NCBI GenBank assembly: GCA_964498825.1
Contig: CAZCKG010000001.1
Span: forward strand, 1 to 52,331
Source: an uncultured Methanosarcinales archaeon
GTDB taxonomy: Archaea > Halobacteriota > Methanosarcinia > Methanosarcinales > Methanosarcinaceae
DNA length: 52,331 bases
Direction of reading: 5' to 3'
Shown here: positions 39,304-49,765 of the stretch, piece after piece
Position numbering within the stretch: the stretch's first letter is position 1
Layout: the number at the start of each line of letters is the position of its first letter
Made by a program: the position numbers and the translations under genes
The notes under the pieces: model-generated
What the model was told of the DNA's origin: nothing
Seen by the model: the letters and a program-made list of their open reading frames with translations, nothing else
Database searches by the model: none

Positions 39304-42300
39304 TAAGCTTCACCCCGGTGATGCTAGTTATGTTATTTTCCTGCATTGTAACCCCTATTGTCCTGCTTGCAGCCTGAATCATGGGTTTTCTTAAGGAAAC
39401 AACTATAAACTGAACTTTTGACCCTGAGAATTTTACCCTTCTTGAAACCCTTTCAACATTCCAGCCGTCCAGAAACATGTCAATCTCATCAAAGGCATAG
39501 AAAGGAGCGGGACGGTACTGCTGGATAGCAAAAATGAAAGCTAGAGCTGTAAGACTTTTTTCCCCTCCTGACATAGCCTCGATTCTCTGGAGAGTCTTTT
39601 CTTTGGGTTGGGCCCGAAGAGTCATTCCTCCTGCAAAGGGATCTTCAGGGTTGTCAAGCAAAAGCTCCCCCATGCCGTCAGAAAGTTCATGGAAAATATC
39701 CTTAAAGTTGGAATTTATATTTGTATAAGCTTCCATAAAAGCATCTCTCTTTAACTGCTCATACTGGCCTATACGTTCAAGGAGTTGTTCCCTTTCGGTA
39801 AATAGAGTATCACGCTTTCCCTGCAGGTCCGAAAACCTGAGTTCAACCTCGTTGTACTCGTCAATTGCTCTCATATTAACGGGCTCGAGCTTTCTTAGGG
39901 CTTCATCGATTGCCTGAATTCTCATATAGACTGTTTCGTAATTCGGAACCTCATCAGTCTCCTCAATGCCCCTTTTCCGGACTTCTTCCTGGAACTGTTT
40001 TTCCTGTTCAAGAAGCGCATTTTTTGTCGCTGTAAGCATAAGGACCTGTTGTTTTGCTTTTTCAAGCGTAGTTGCCGCAATGCTGACCCTGCGCTTGACA
40101 GCTCCGTGTTCAGCCTGAACGCTCTCTCTTTCTTTCTGGAGCCCTAGAAGCTCATCGGAGAGTTCAAGTTCCCGGCTTTTCTTTTGCTCCAGATTTTCCT
40201 CAAGTTCCCTGATTTTTGCCTTAAGAGAGTCAACTTTTTCCAGCCTTGAGGCTTTCTTTTCATCCAGATCCCTGATGAGTTCCTTTGCCTCGCCAATTTT
40301 CTGTTCTGCATACTCTTTTTCAAGTTGCAAAGCATTCAGGCTGGCTTCAGTATCCCTAATCCTACCGTCGAGTCTTCTTATTTCTTCATCAATAAATTCT
40401 ACCTTTTTATTAATCTCAGGCAGCGGAGAATCGGCAAGTTTTGCTTCCAGTTCTGAAATCTGGGCTTCAAGTTCAGCTACAGCTTTTTCTTTTTCAGCTT
40501 TTTCCGCAATAACTCTGTCCATTTCAGCTCTGAGTTCGGTCCTTGATTCTTCAATAGCTTTGAAGTCTGCCTGCTTGGCTTCAAGAAGTTCTGCAAGTTT
40601 AGCTTCCCTGCCAGCAATTTCCTCAAGCTGATGATCCTTTCGTGAAATTGTGGCTTCACAATCTCGAATCTTCCGATTCAGTTCGAAAACATGGCTTTCA
40701 ATGCTGTCCTGTTTAGCTATAGCTGCGTTCCGGCTTGCATCTAAAGACTTTATTTCGTCAGCGAGCTCGATGAGTTTATCCTTTTCCGAAGCCGTAAAAG
40801 AAATTCCGGATTTTGAAGAGACGGACCCTCCTACCATTGCTCCGCTTTTTTCCAGGAGCTCACCTTCAAGAGTTACCATCCTTACCTTTCCCATAAGACG
40901 GCGGGCACTTGCAAGGTTTTCCATTACAAGAGTATCCTGAAAGACATACCAGAAAGCAGGCTCGAAGTCAGGATCAAATTCTATAAGATCAATTGCATAT
41001 CCTATTACTCCATTCTCATAACTTAGATTGTCAAGCCGCCTTGAATCCCTCATTTTGTTGAGGGGAAGAAATGTTGCTCTCCCACCTTTTCTACGTTTCA
41101 GATATTCGATAGCTTCGGCAGCATCGGCGTCGGTGTCTACGACAACCGCCTGCATCCTATTTCCTGCAGCAATTTCCAGAGCTGTTGCATATTGTTGATC
41201 CACTTTTCCAAGCTGGGCAATAGTCCCGTGAATTCCGAAGAGGTCTTCCTGCCGCGCAGCCCCGATCACCATATCCACGGCTTTGGAATAGCTCCCTCCA
41301 TGCTCAGAGGCCCTGACTCTGGCTTCAGTGATTGCATACTCCTGCTGGAGCTTAAGGAGTTTGCTTTCAAGTTTTTTGACATCTTCCTTGATCCTGAAGT
41401 GACTGCTTTCAATATCATCCCGGTCCCGAATAAGAGATTCCATGTTTTGGGATAGTTTTTCAATCTCATACTGGACGGAAAGGGTATCGCTATCAGAGCT
41501 AGCAACTGCTGCCTGTGCATCCTTTATCTGGTTTTCTATGTCCCTGAGTTCGGAAGACTTTCTCCTGAGAGTATCGAGAAGCCTATCTTCTGTTCGGATG
41601 AGCTCGTTTTTCTCGTTCTTGATATCCTCAAGTCTCTTTTTGGCAGCCATGAGCTCATCTCTTGTCGCTGCAAATTTAGCATCTACATCTGCAATCCTGC
41701 TCTGGAGCAACATTCGTTCTGTTTTGCGCTCGGAAAGCTCTGAAGATAGGCTGTCCTTTCTCAGGTTCTCTGCATCTATTTTTTCCTCAAGGTCCCTTAT
41801 CTTGCCCTTTGTTGAATCAATTTCTAAAAAGGCTTTCCTGCGCCGAGAATCAGCCTCTTCAAGTTCGGATTCCGAAAGCTCGATACTATCCACACAGCGA
41901 GAGATCTCTCCCTTGGTCTCTTCGATTTCTCTCTTGACCTGGAGCTGTTCATCCTCTCCTTTTTTCCGGATTTCAAGGGAAAGCTTTTCCAGCGTGTCTT
42001 CAAGGACCTGAAGCTCCTGCATCCTTTCGTCCAGAAGAACCTGAACTTTCTCAAGATGCTCCTCTTTTCCAACGAGCTCCTTATCAACATTCTGCAGTTC
42101 TGCCCTTGCGTCTTTGAGTTTAGAAAGCAGGACATAGCCTTCAAATTTGGTTTTTTCTGCTTTAAGTGCCTGATATTTCAGAGCCTGGTCACGTTCTCCT
42201 GAAAGTTTTTCAAGCTGGAGCCTTACCTCTTCAAGGATTATATCCACGCGCTCGATTTGCTGTCTGACGATCTCGAGTTCTCCAAGGGTCTTTTGCTTGC

Positions 42301-42823
42301 GCTCGTCAAATTCTGCAACCCCTGCGATTTCGTCAATAATCTTTCGCCTTTCCATGGGAGTCATGGAGATTATTTGAGTAACGTCTCCCTGCATTACCAC
42401 ATTGTAGCCTTCAGGCGTCACTCCGGCTTTTGCGAGCTGGGAATGTATTTCTCCGAGATTTACGGATTTTCCGTTAAAGTAAAAATAGCTGTAGTACCCG
42501 CTTTTTGTCCGCCTGATCTTTCTTGAAACCTCGACTTCATCAAACTCAAGAGGTAACTTGCGATCTGAGTTGTCGAAACGAATAGTAACCTGGGCAAAAT
42601 CGGGCTTTTTTGCCTCATCACCATTGTAAATCAGGTCTGTAAGTTTCTCAGCCCGAAGAGTCCTGGAGCCTGTAAGCCCGAGCGCAAAGAGAATCCCGTC
42701 TATGATGTTTGACTTTCCACTCCCATTAGGGCCGGAAATAGTGGTAAAGTCATTATAAAAGGGGATCTTCACTTTTTTTCCGAAGGACTTGAAATTAACG
42801 AACTCAATCTCTTTTATGTACAC
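39296..42823 (-). CDS. smc: Chromosome segregation protein SMC
   Basis: NFKSF, GPNGSGKSN, hinge GRATFLPL, MSGGEKS, FDEID. Confidence 0.98.
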   Translation of the reverse strand: MYIKEIEFVNFKSFGKKVKIPFYNDFTTISGPNGSGKSNIIDGILFALGLTGSRTLRAEKLTDLIYNGDEAKKPDFAQVTIRFDNSDRKLPLEFDEVEVSRKIRRTKSGYYSYFYFNGKSVNLGEIHSQLAKAGVTPEGYNVVMQGDVTQIISMTPMERRKIIDEIAGVAEFDERKQKTLGELEIVRQQIERVDIILEEVRLQLEKLSGERDQALKYQALKAEKTKFEGYVLLSKLKDARAELQNVDKELVGKEEHLEKVQVLLDERMQELQVLEDTLEKLSLEIRKKGEDEQLQVKREIEETKGEISRCVDSIELSESELEEADSRRRKAFLEIDSTKGKIRDLEEKIDAENLRKDSLSSELSERKTERMLLQSRIADVDAKFAATRDELMAAKKRLEDIKNEKNELIRTEDRLLDTLRRKSSELRDIENQIKDAQAAVASSDSDTLSVQYEIEKLSQNMESLIRDRDDIESSHFRIKEDVKKLESKLLKLQQEYAITEARVRASEHGGSYSKAVDMVIGAARQEDLFGIHGTIAQLGKVDQQYATALEIAAGNRMQAVVVDTDADAAEAIEYLKRRKGGRATFLPLNKMRDSRRLDNLSYENGVIGYAIDLIEFDPDFEPAFWYVFQDTLVMENLASARRLMGKVRMVTLEGELLEKSGAMVGGSVSSKSGISFTASEKDKLIELADEIKSLDASRNAAIAKQDSIESHVFELNRKIRDCEATISRKDHQLEEIAGREAKLAELLEAKQADFKAIEESRTELRAEMDRVIAEKAEKEKAVAELEAQISELEAKLADSPLPEINKKVEFIDEEIRRLDGRIRDTEASLNALQLEKEYAEQKIGEAKELIRDLDEKKASRLEKVDSLKAKIRELEENLEQKKSRELELSDELLGLQKERESVQAEHGAVKRRVSIAATTLEKAKQQVLMLTATKNALLEQEKQFQEEVRKRGIEETDEVPNYETVYMRIQAIDEALRKLEPVNMRAIDEYNEVELRFSDLQGKRDTLFTEREQLLERIGQYEQLKRDAFMEAYTNINSNFKDIFHELSDGMGELLLDNPEDPFAGGMTLRAQPKEKTLQRIEAMSGGEKSLTALAFIFAIQQYRPAPFYAFDEIDMFLDGWNVERVSRRVKFSGSKVQFIVVSLRKPMIQAASRTIGVTMQENNITSITGVKLNG

Positions 42824-42876
42824 AGAATGCCTCTGTAATTTCGCGTTTTTGAGGGTTTTTCTGTTTTTTAAACCTC

Positions 42877-43872
42877 TTACGCTTTGAGATTTTTCCGGCT
42901 GCAGGTGATTATTTCCGCATCATCAGTATCCCGCACAACCACGGACTCTTCAATTATATTTTTTTTATGAGTCTTTTCAGCGATTATATACTCACACTTA
43001 TAATCATCTGCAGGTGGGACTCTTGTAGAATCTGCCTCTACAGGAGCAGACTTTCTCAAAGGAGGAGTCTGCTTGAAAGATGGCGGTCTCAAAGGAGCAG
43101 ATTGTCTTAAAGGCGGTTGCTTTACAGGTTCAGCTTTCATCGACGACTGCTGCCTCATATTGCCTTTGAACCGTCTGTGATCTCCACTCTCGGCAATAAT
43201 ATACTCACATTTGGTTTCAACTTTTTCTTCTTTATCAAGCTCTTTAGGCTCAATTTCTTTAATTCTCAATTGAACTTTTGCATTGGTGCCTGGAAGGGGA
43301 GCAGGAGTTTCCCTGAATTCAGTCAGTCTATGTCCCGAAGAATTTTCGTTTCTGAGTTCAGAATTATAATTCGGCTTTCTGGAAAGAGGAGGAAGATCCA
43401 GAGGGTCTTCAGGAAGAGTGAAATGAATGGAAGGAGAAGAGGCAGGAAGAGGACTTTTAATATCCTCCAGTTTTTTAGTGAGATTTGTAAGCTCCGTTTC
43501 CAGTTTTTTAATAAGAGTTTTTTGATCAAGTAATTCCCGGACGAGCCCATCCTGAACCCCGGCAAGTTCCTTAAGCCGCCTATCAGCCCCTCCAGACTCA
43601 TTTTCTCTGGAAGTATTCAGTTCCACTTTTAATTCATTAAGAATTGAAGCTTTGAGTGAAGCAGGATCAGGAATTCCCGGCAGCTCGGCCTTGATTTCAG
43701 AAAGAATGGTGTCCTTTAAGGATTCATCATCAGAAACGTTTTCCATTTCGGCCCGCAGTTCATTGAGAACCGAAACTTTAATCGATTTCTTGAGAGTCTC
43801 GAGCTCCTCGTAGCTTATTGACAGCCGCCTTTTAAGTGGCGTATTGTGCACGTCTCTCTGTCCAGTTCTCAT
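42877..43872 (-). CDS. Hypothetical coiled-coil/disordered protein, first gene of the smc operon
   Basis: 331-aa ORF, GAGGT SD, 53 bp upstream of smc. Confidence 0.8.
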   Translation of the reverse strand: MRTGQRDVHNTPLKRRLSISYEELETLKKSIKVSVLNELRAEMENVSDDESLKDTILSEIKAELPGIPDPASLKASILNELKVELNTSRENESGGADRRLKELAGVQDGLVRELLDQKTLIKKLETELTNLTKKLEDIKSPLPASSPSIHFTLPEDPLDLPPLSRKPNYNSELRNENSSGHRLTEFRETPAPLPGTNAKVQLRIKEIEPKELDKEEKVETKCEYIIAESGDHRRFKGNMRQQSSMKAEPVKQPPLRQSAPLRPPSFKQTPPLRKSAPVEADSTRVPPADDYKCEYIIAEKTHKKNIIEESVVVRDTDDAEIITCSRKNLKA

Positions 43873-44618
43873 AAAATACCTCTACAAATTGGGTCCCGGT
43901 TTTCTGGAGTTCTTATGGCTTCGCTAGCAGTAAGACACATCAGAACAATTATAATTAAATTGGCTTATTAAGACAAATTTAAATAATATGTACAAAGTAA
44001 ATGTAATCTTACTTTATATATATATGTTAATCGATAGTATTTTTTCTGGGTTAGATAACTTTTAATTAAATTATAATAAGAAGCACTTTATAAACCTTCC
44101 TGAGGAAGCTATTTTTACAGCTTCAGGACAGAAAAGAAGCCTATGTTGTGAAATTTTTTAAAGCAAGAGTTGCTAAAGAGTCAGAAAAATTGAAAAAGGA
44201 ATGCAAAGGCTCGAAAAAACATTAAATAGGGCAAGCTAAACTTCAAAAAACCATACTTATAAAATTGAGATAGTTGAAAAGAAAATATCTACTCTAAAAT
44301 GACTTTAGCTGCTCCCAAAAATTAAAGGACAGCTGAGGAAAAAGAGAATATTAGGAAGAAAAGAAAAATTCTGCTACAAATACTTTTTTATATATTTTTA
44401 TGTAAAATTTAAATATTTAATAGATTAGAAGGATTAGATTCATTCTATCTAGGGTGTAGTGACAGTCATTACAGAAGAGATGTAAGAATAAAACTTCATA
44501 GATATAAGAATAAAAACTTTGTAATTCAAAATAAGGGAATGAAACCCAATATAACTTGAAAATAGAATCAGTTACAGAGTTGGATTTCAGCAAGGGAGTC
44601 AACTTGTCAGGGGAAGTG

Positions 44619-44858
44619 TTACTTAATGGATGAGAGGGACTCATCGAAACCGACTAATACAGTCTCCCGAGATTGGATTTTGGAGGACGTACAATCCATT
44701 TCCACGGCAGTTTCATTAACAATGGAACCATGAGTTCCAGCGTTTTCAAGGAAAAATTGAACCTCTTCAATCTCAGGCTCGCGGAAATGATCCATTTCGA
44801 AAATATCCATGATAACACTCAACACGTTTTTGTGTACGTGATTGGTAATTCGGGTCAT
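44619..44858 (-). CDS. Small hypothetical protein
   Basis: 79-aa ATG ORF coinciding with a higher-GC patch in AT-rich DNA; no recognised motif. Confidence 0.45.
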   Translation of the reverse strand: MTRITNHVHKNVLSVIMDIFEMDHFREPEIEEVQFFLENAGTHGSIVNETAVEMDCTSSKIQSRETVLVGFDESLSSIK

Positions 44859-45074
44859 CGGAGATAAACACGATATGCCAAGTATTAATAATTTGCGGCA
44901 TCAGAAAAACAATTCAGAAAGATGTAAACAAGATTGTTAATATATAAATATTGTGCCAGGCATATATGATCTTATCTCCTATAATGAAAAATGAAACGTC
45001 AATAAGAAAAAAGCTATTTTCCAATACTAGAAACACTTCTCAATAAATTAAAAAATTTTAAGATACAAAAAAGA

Positions 45075-47054
45075 TTACAGAAAAGAGGGGCCGAAAATCC
45101 GAATAAGAATGCCTACTCCGAGAGCCAGAACTGAAGTGAAAAGGACTATCGAAACCGTATCTTTCAAGCCAAGCTCGTGTTTAAGTACCGCAATAGTTGC
45201 GACACAGGGGATATAAATCGTCGTGATGACAGCAAACTGGTACATCTGAACGGGCGTCATTACAGCTGCAAAATTAGCTGTACCTGCAAGTACGGCCAGG
45301 ATCTGAAGAGCCATTTCCTTTCTGAGGATCCCGAATACAAGAGCTGTCGCAGCAAATGCAGGAAGACCCAGCAGACCTACAGATATAGGTTCTACAAAGT
45401 TCTGGAAAAGTGAAAGAAGACCGAGAGCATCAGCAACTCCAAGAAACGCGCTCCCAAGGAGTAGCAACGGAAAAGCGATAAAGAGAAACTCCCGACTTTT
45501 CATCCAGGTTTTTCTGAGAGTAGATTTCAGTTCCGGCTTTCGGAGAGGAGTCATTTCCATTATGAAACCGCTTCTCTGTCCCGGCAGGGTTTTCCCTAGA
45601 ACCCAGCCAAGGGCAATGATGATGATGACTTCCATAACATATATTGAAACCGCAGGCCAGAAGCCTACAAAGGTTCCAACAAGCCCCAGAATAATAACTG
45701 TTCTTGCAGAACAGGGAATTAGAGAGATCAGGACGGCAGCTATTCTCTTTTCCCGCCGCGTACCAAGAGAATGAACCGCCATGACCGCAGGGACATTACA
45801 GCCAAAACCCAGGACAAGTGGAATCACAGCTCTCCCGTGCAGCCCTAGTTTATGAGTGAAATTGTCCAGAAGAAATGCTGCTCTTGTTAGATATCCGGAA
45901 TCTTCGAATATAGAAAGAATAGCGTAAAAGACTGCGATATAAGGAATTGCAATTGCAAATCCGGCTTCTACACCCCTCAGAGTGTATAGAATAAGGTTTC
46001 TCAGGATAGGCGACGCGCTAGAAAGCATACTATCCACAGGAAGAATCACATAAGGTTCAAAAACCTCATTTACAATCCAGGTCTCAAGGAAACCTCCTAC
46101 CCTGAAGACAAGAAGAAAAGTAAGAAGCAGAGCAGATATAAGTACAAGAATCCCGAAATTGGGAGAAGTAAGTATTGAATCTATCTTCGTTTTTATGCTT
46201 TTTTTGGGTTCGAATCTTGAAACCACACTGTCAACTATATATCCAGCTTCTCCATACAGATCTCTTGCAACCGTATCCGGCACCGAAATCCCATGTTCCA
46301 TCTCAAGGTTCTGCCTCAACCGCCTTGCAGAAGCCAGAAGAGAATTGGCTTCAGGAGGCATACAGCAGAGTTCCACAAATTCGGCATCATTAAGAAGTGC
46401 TGCAATCTTTACGCTTGGGGAAATGTGAGGGAAGGAATAGTCAAGTGTAGACAGAGCCTGTCGGATCCAGTTACTGTACCCTACTCTATGATGTTTCTGA
46501 ACTTTTCCCTGCTCTTCGAGAGCTACGAGCATGACTTCATCGAGCCCTATCCCCCAGGTTGCAACAGTTGGTACAACAGGCAGGCCAAGAAGTTCCGAGA
46601 GAGTATTAGAATCAACGAGAATTCCAAGATCTGCAGCCAGATCTACCTGGTTTAGGGCAATAACCATAGGAATATCAAGTTCAAGAAGCTGCAAGGTAAG
46701 ATAGAGATTTCTCTCAAGCCTGCTGGCATCCAGAACATTGACTATAATATCCGGTTTATCCTCTATGAGAAATTTCTTCGTTACCTTCTCATCTTCGTTT
46801 GTAACCCCAAGAGAATAAATTCCAGGCAGGTCAACTATCTCAATAGTTTCACCCCGGGCCTTTACAGTTCCTCTTTTAAGTGCAACTGTCGTGCCAGGGT
46901 AATTTGAGACTTCGACCCCTACTCCTGTAAGCCTACTGAAAAAAACGCTTTTGCCAACACTTGGATTGCCTATGAAAGCAATAGTTAAATTATAAGGAAT
47001 TTTATCTTTACTTTCATTGTCAGAAGTACAGCACGAGCTGGAAATTCCTATCAC
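45075..47054 (-). CDS. feoB: Ferrous iron transporter FeoB
   Basis: GNPSVGKS, NYPGTT, DLPGIYSL, GFGCNVPA, PCSAR, YIPCVAT. Confidence 0.96.
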   Translation of the reverse strand: MIGISSSCCTSDNESKDKIPYNLTIAFIGNPSVGKSVFFSRLTGVGVEVSNYPGTTVALKRGTVKARGETIEIVDLPGIYSLGVTNEDEKVTKKFLIEDKPDIIVNVLDASRLERNLYLTLQLLELDIPMVIALNQVDLAADLGILVDSNTLSELLGLPVVPTVATWGIGLDEVMLVALEEQGKVQKHHRVGYSNWIRQALSTLDYSFPHISPSVKIAALLNDAEFVELCCMPPEANSLLASARRLRQNLEMEHGISVPDTVARDLYGEAGYIVDSVVSRFEPKKSIKTKIDSILTSPNFGILVLISALLLTFLLVFRVGGFLETWIVNEVFEPYVILPVDSMLSSASPILRNLILYTLRGVEAGFAIAIPYIAVFYAILSIFEDSGYLTRAAFLLDNFTHKLGLHGRAVIPLVLGFGCNVPAVMAVHSLGTRREKRIAAVLISLIPCSARTVIILGLVGTFVGFWPAVSIYVMEVIIIIALGWVLGKTLPGQRSGFIMEMTPLRKPELKSTLRKTWMKSREFLFIAFPLLLLGSAFLGVADALGLLSLFQNFVEPISVGLLGLPAFAATALVFGILRKEMALQILAVLAGTANFAAVMTPVQMYQFAVITTIYIPCVATIAVLKHELGLKDTVSIVLFTSVLALGVGILIRIFGPSFL

Positions 47055-47090
47055 TTCCCCAATAATCTTGCTTCACGCCGGTTAATTATT

Positions 47091-47768
47091 TCAGTCCTGA
47101 TTTTGCACTCTTTTATTTTTGGGAATTATAAAAATTTTCTTCGCAATATCCCTTCCGAGAGCAATTTCAGACCCCATGGCCATAACCGAGATACATCCTT
47201 GCTTTTGCTTGCGTTTGATCTCAATATCTTCTCCTGTAAGAATACCAAGAGAATTCAAACGTTCTTTTGTTTCTCTGGGAAGAGTTACTCTGGCAACTTG
47301 GCCAGAAGCACCCTCTTCCATTTCATCAAGAGGAAGAAAACCCTCCTCCCGCTTAATGTTGCTTTTATCTATATTGATAGGGTGGCCGTCAGGGCAATAT
47401 TCAGGGCATCCCAAAAACTCATAAATCTTTTCAAGTACAGCATCAGATACTGCATGTTCAAGTTCGCAAGCCTCTTTGTGAGCTTCCTTTCTACCAAAAT
47501 CAAGGACATCAACCAGAAAAGTTTCAAGCACCTGGTGTTTTCTTTTGATCTTAATAGCTTGCTCAGTCCCCTTTTCTGTCAATTCAACACCCTGGTAAGG
47601 GGTATACTCCACAAGTCCAGAAGAATTTAATTTTTTTACCATTTCAGTCACACTCGGAGGAGAGACATTAAGTTCTTCTGAGATCTGTTTCGTTTTTGCA
47701 GGGCCCTGGTTCTTCCTGATAAGATAAAGAATAGTTTCAAGATACTCTTCAAATCGATCTGTATGCAT
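47091..47768 (-). CDS. DtxR/IdeR-family metal-dependent repressor with FeoA domain
   Basis: EEYLETI, VSPPSVTEM, ACELEH, CPDGHPI, FeoA-like C-terminus. Confidence 0.93.
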   Translation of the reverse strand: MHTDRFEEYLETILYLIRKNQGPAKTKQISEELNVSPPSVTEMVKKLNSSGLVEYTPYQGVELTEKGTEQAIKIKRKHQVLETFLVDVLDFGRKEAHKEACELEHAVSDAVLEKIYEFLGCPEYCPDGHPINIDKSNIKREEGFLPLDEMEEGASGQVARVTLPRETKERLNSLGILTGEDIEIKRKQKQGCISVMAMGSEIALGRDIAKKIFIIPKNKRVQNQD

Positions 47769-47810
47769 TAACAACTCCCGCCAGCACAGGCTCCAATTCA
47801 AACCAAAGAA

Positions 47811-47824
47811 TTAGGACAACCTAA
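47811..47824. promoter_or_regulatory. DtxR-family operator
   Basis: TTAGG-ACAA-CCTAA palindrome between the TATA-like box and the regulator-feoB operon. Confidence 0.8.
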
Positions 47825-47910
47825 AAAACATAACTGCCTGAATAAATATTTTTTGGTTTTTCTATCTTTTAAGGATAAGGAAAAATAGAAAAGAAAAGTC
47901 CTGTAGCAAC

Positions 47911-48366
47911 TCAGGAGTTAATCGATTTCACGACAGCAATTTCATTGCAGTCCGGAAACTTGGGGCATCTCACGCAACCAGACCAGATTTTCCTGGGCAG
48001 GGTGTTTTTGTCCACGATGTTAAAGCCTAGAGTTTTGAAAAAATCAGGCACATAAGTAAGAGCAAAGACATCCTTCATGCCAAGGTCCTCAGCTTCCTCA
48101 AGACAGGCAGAGACAAGCCTTGTGCCTACTCCTTTTCTTGAGCAGTCATGTTTAACAGCAAGAGCAAGTATCTCTGCAAGGTCCTCCCAGACAATATGCA
48201 AAGCACAGCAACCCACAATCTCTCCATCAATCTCGCAGACGTAATAATCCCTGATGTTCTCATACATCTCACTCAGGGAACGGGCAAGCATGAGCTCATC
48301 CTTGGAATAATTACTTATAATCTGCTTCATTACAACAACATCATTTACCCTAGCTTTCCTGATCAA
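47911..48366 (-). CDS. GNAT acetyltransferase, short N-acetylglutamate synthase (ArgA-like)
   Basis: MLARSLSEMYENIRD, WEDLAEI, VFALTY, KIWSGCVRCPKFPDCNE. Confidence 0.85.
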   Translation of the reverse strand: MIRKARVNDVVVMKQIISNYSKDELMLARSLSEMYENIRDYYVCEIDGEIVGCCALHIVWEDLAEILALAVKHDCSRKGVGTRLVSACLEEAEDLGMKDVFALTYVPDFFKTLGFNIVDKNTLPRKIWSGCVRCPKFPDCNEIAVVKSINS

Positions 48367-48618
48367 TTTCTATTTCCTCTGAGGTAGTACATTTTCTGAT
48401 AGACTGTATCGTTCAGGGATATATTTTGTAAACTTTAATGAGTCCAGCTAAGAGATTAGTTTCTTTCTTAATAAGAAATTTCCCCATGTTTAGAAATATA
48501 TATCCATAATTAGAGAAAAATCTGATTCTTCAAGAGATCTTTAAAAATTTTTCAGAAACTTAAAATGTAAAAAGAATCCGTACCTGGAAAATAAGTAAAC
48601 CAAATCGAAAGAAATTAG

Positions 48619-48693
48619 CGGGCGCGAAGGGATTTGAACCCCCGATTTACAGCTTAGGAGGCTGCCGCCATATCCGGGCTAGGCCACGCGCCC
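48619..48693 (-). tRNA. tRNA-Arg (CCT)
   Basis: GGGCGCG/CGCGCCC acceptor stem, GCAGC-CTCCTAA-GCTGT anticodon arm, GGTTCAAATCC T arm; no intron, CCA not encoded. Confidence 0.97.
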
Positions 48694-48847
48694 ATGAGAT
48701 TCTCAGAGAAATGCGCGATGCAACAGTCTGCTGAATCTACATTTCAGGAGAGGTATCCATAATAGCGGCATAAGATATATATTTAATTATCGCTCCAAAG
48801 GAAGAAAAAGTACGCCTGAAAAATGAGAACCTAGTTTTCTAGAAAGT

Positions 48848-48890
48848 TTTAAATCTAATGTAAACCATTGCCAGTATACTGGTTAACAAT
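48848..48890 (+). promoter_or_regulatory. TATA box plus BirA operator upstream of bioY
   Basis: TTTAAAT then AATGTAAAC-N16-GTTAACAAT, matching the conserved BirA site. Confidence 0.85.
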
Positions 48891-49122
48891 AAGAGAATAT
48901 CTTCATTAGTTATCTATCCCACATGGGGTAGGCTAGCAATAATATATTTACCGCTATGAGACTGATGAATTTGCTGCATATCAGTTTCAGTTTCTCATTA
49001 CATTCTTTGCTACATTAAAGGACCATTAGTTCGCCTATTTTTGAGTCTAAAAGAGAGTTAAAGACTTGAAAAAGGAAAAAGAGAACAAAAAGTAAAAAAG
49101 AAGAAAAGAAGAGGAAAAAAGT

Positions 49123-49686
49123 GTGAATATAAAAAACAGCCATATATACTCATCCCATACACCAGAAATCCGGATGATGGTTTTTGCATCTCTTTTTGCA
49201 TCATTGACTGCTGCAGGTGCTTACATACAGATTCCTATTCCATTCTCACCCGTCCCTATTACACTGCAGGTTTTCTTTGTTTTACTTGCGGGCAGTATGT
49301 TGAAAAGCAAATGGGGAAGCTTGAGTATGATAGTTTATACCCTTCTGGGAATTGCAGGCCTTCCAGTCTTTTCAGGAGGAAGCTCGGGATTGGGTGTGCT
49401 TCTTGGACCCACAGGAGGTTATATAGTCGGTTTCATTCTGGCTGCTTATATTATAGGAAAGCTTTCAGAAAGAAATGAGAATACTGCCAGATCCGGAATT
49501 CTGATTAATGCGCTTAACATGAGTATAGGAGTCCTGGTCATTTATGCATGTGGAGTTTTTCAACTTATGATGGTTGCTGATGTCGGACCAGCAACAGCTC
49601 TTACCCTCGGAGCTATACCTTTTTTGCCGGGAGAAATAGTTAAAACCGCAGTTGCTGCATACATTGCTTCAACTCATGAACTCTAA
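49123..49686 (+). CDS. bioY: Biotin ECF transporter S component
   Basis: PVPITLQ, GLPVFSG, GPTGGYIVGF. Confidence 0.95.
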   Translation: MNIKNSHIYSSHTPEIRMMVFASLFASLTAAGAYIQIPIPFSPVPITLQVFFVLLAGSMLKSKWGSLSMIVYTLLGIAGLPVFSGGSSGLGVLLGPTGGYIVGFILAAYIIGKLSERNENTARSGILINALNMSIGVLVIYACGVFQLMMVADVGPATALTLGAIPFLPGEIVKTAVAAYIASTHEL

Positions 49687-49765
49687 ACTCCTTAATCGCA
49701 GTTTTTATTTAGGAGACCGGGATATTTCGGAGAATTAAAAGCTAGAAATGAAAATTTGAGTAAGC

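Noticed and set aside
48400-48620. Integrated element at tRNA-Arg
   Set aside because: No integrase or duplicated tRNA 3' end in the window; flanks are housekeeping genes
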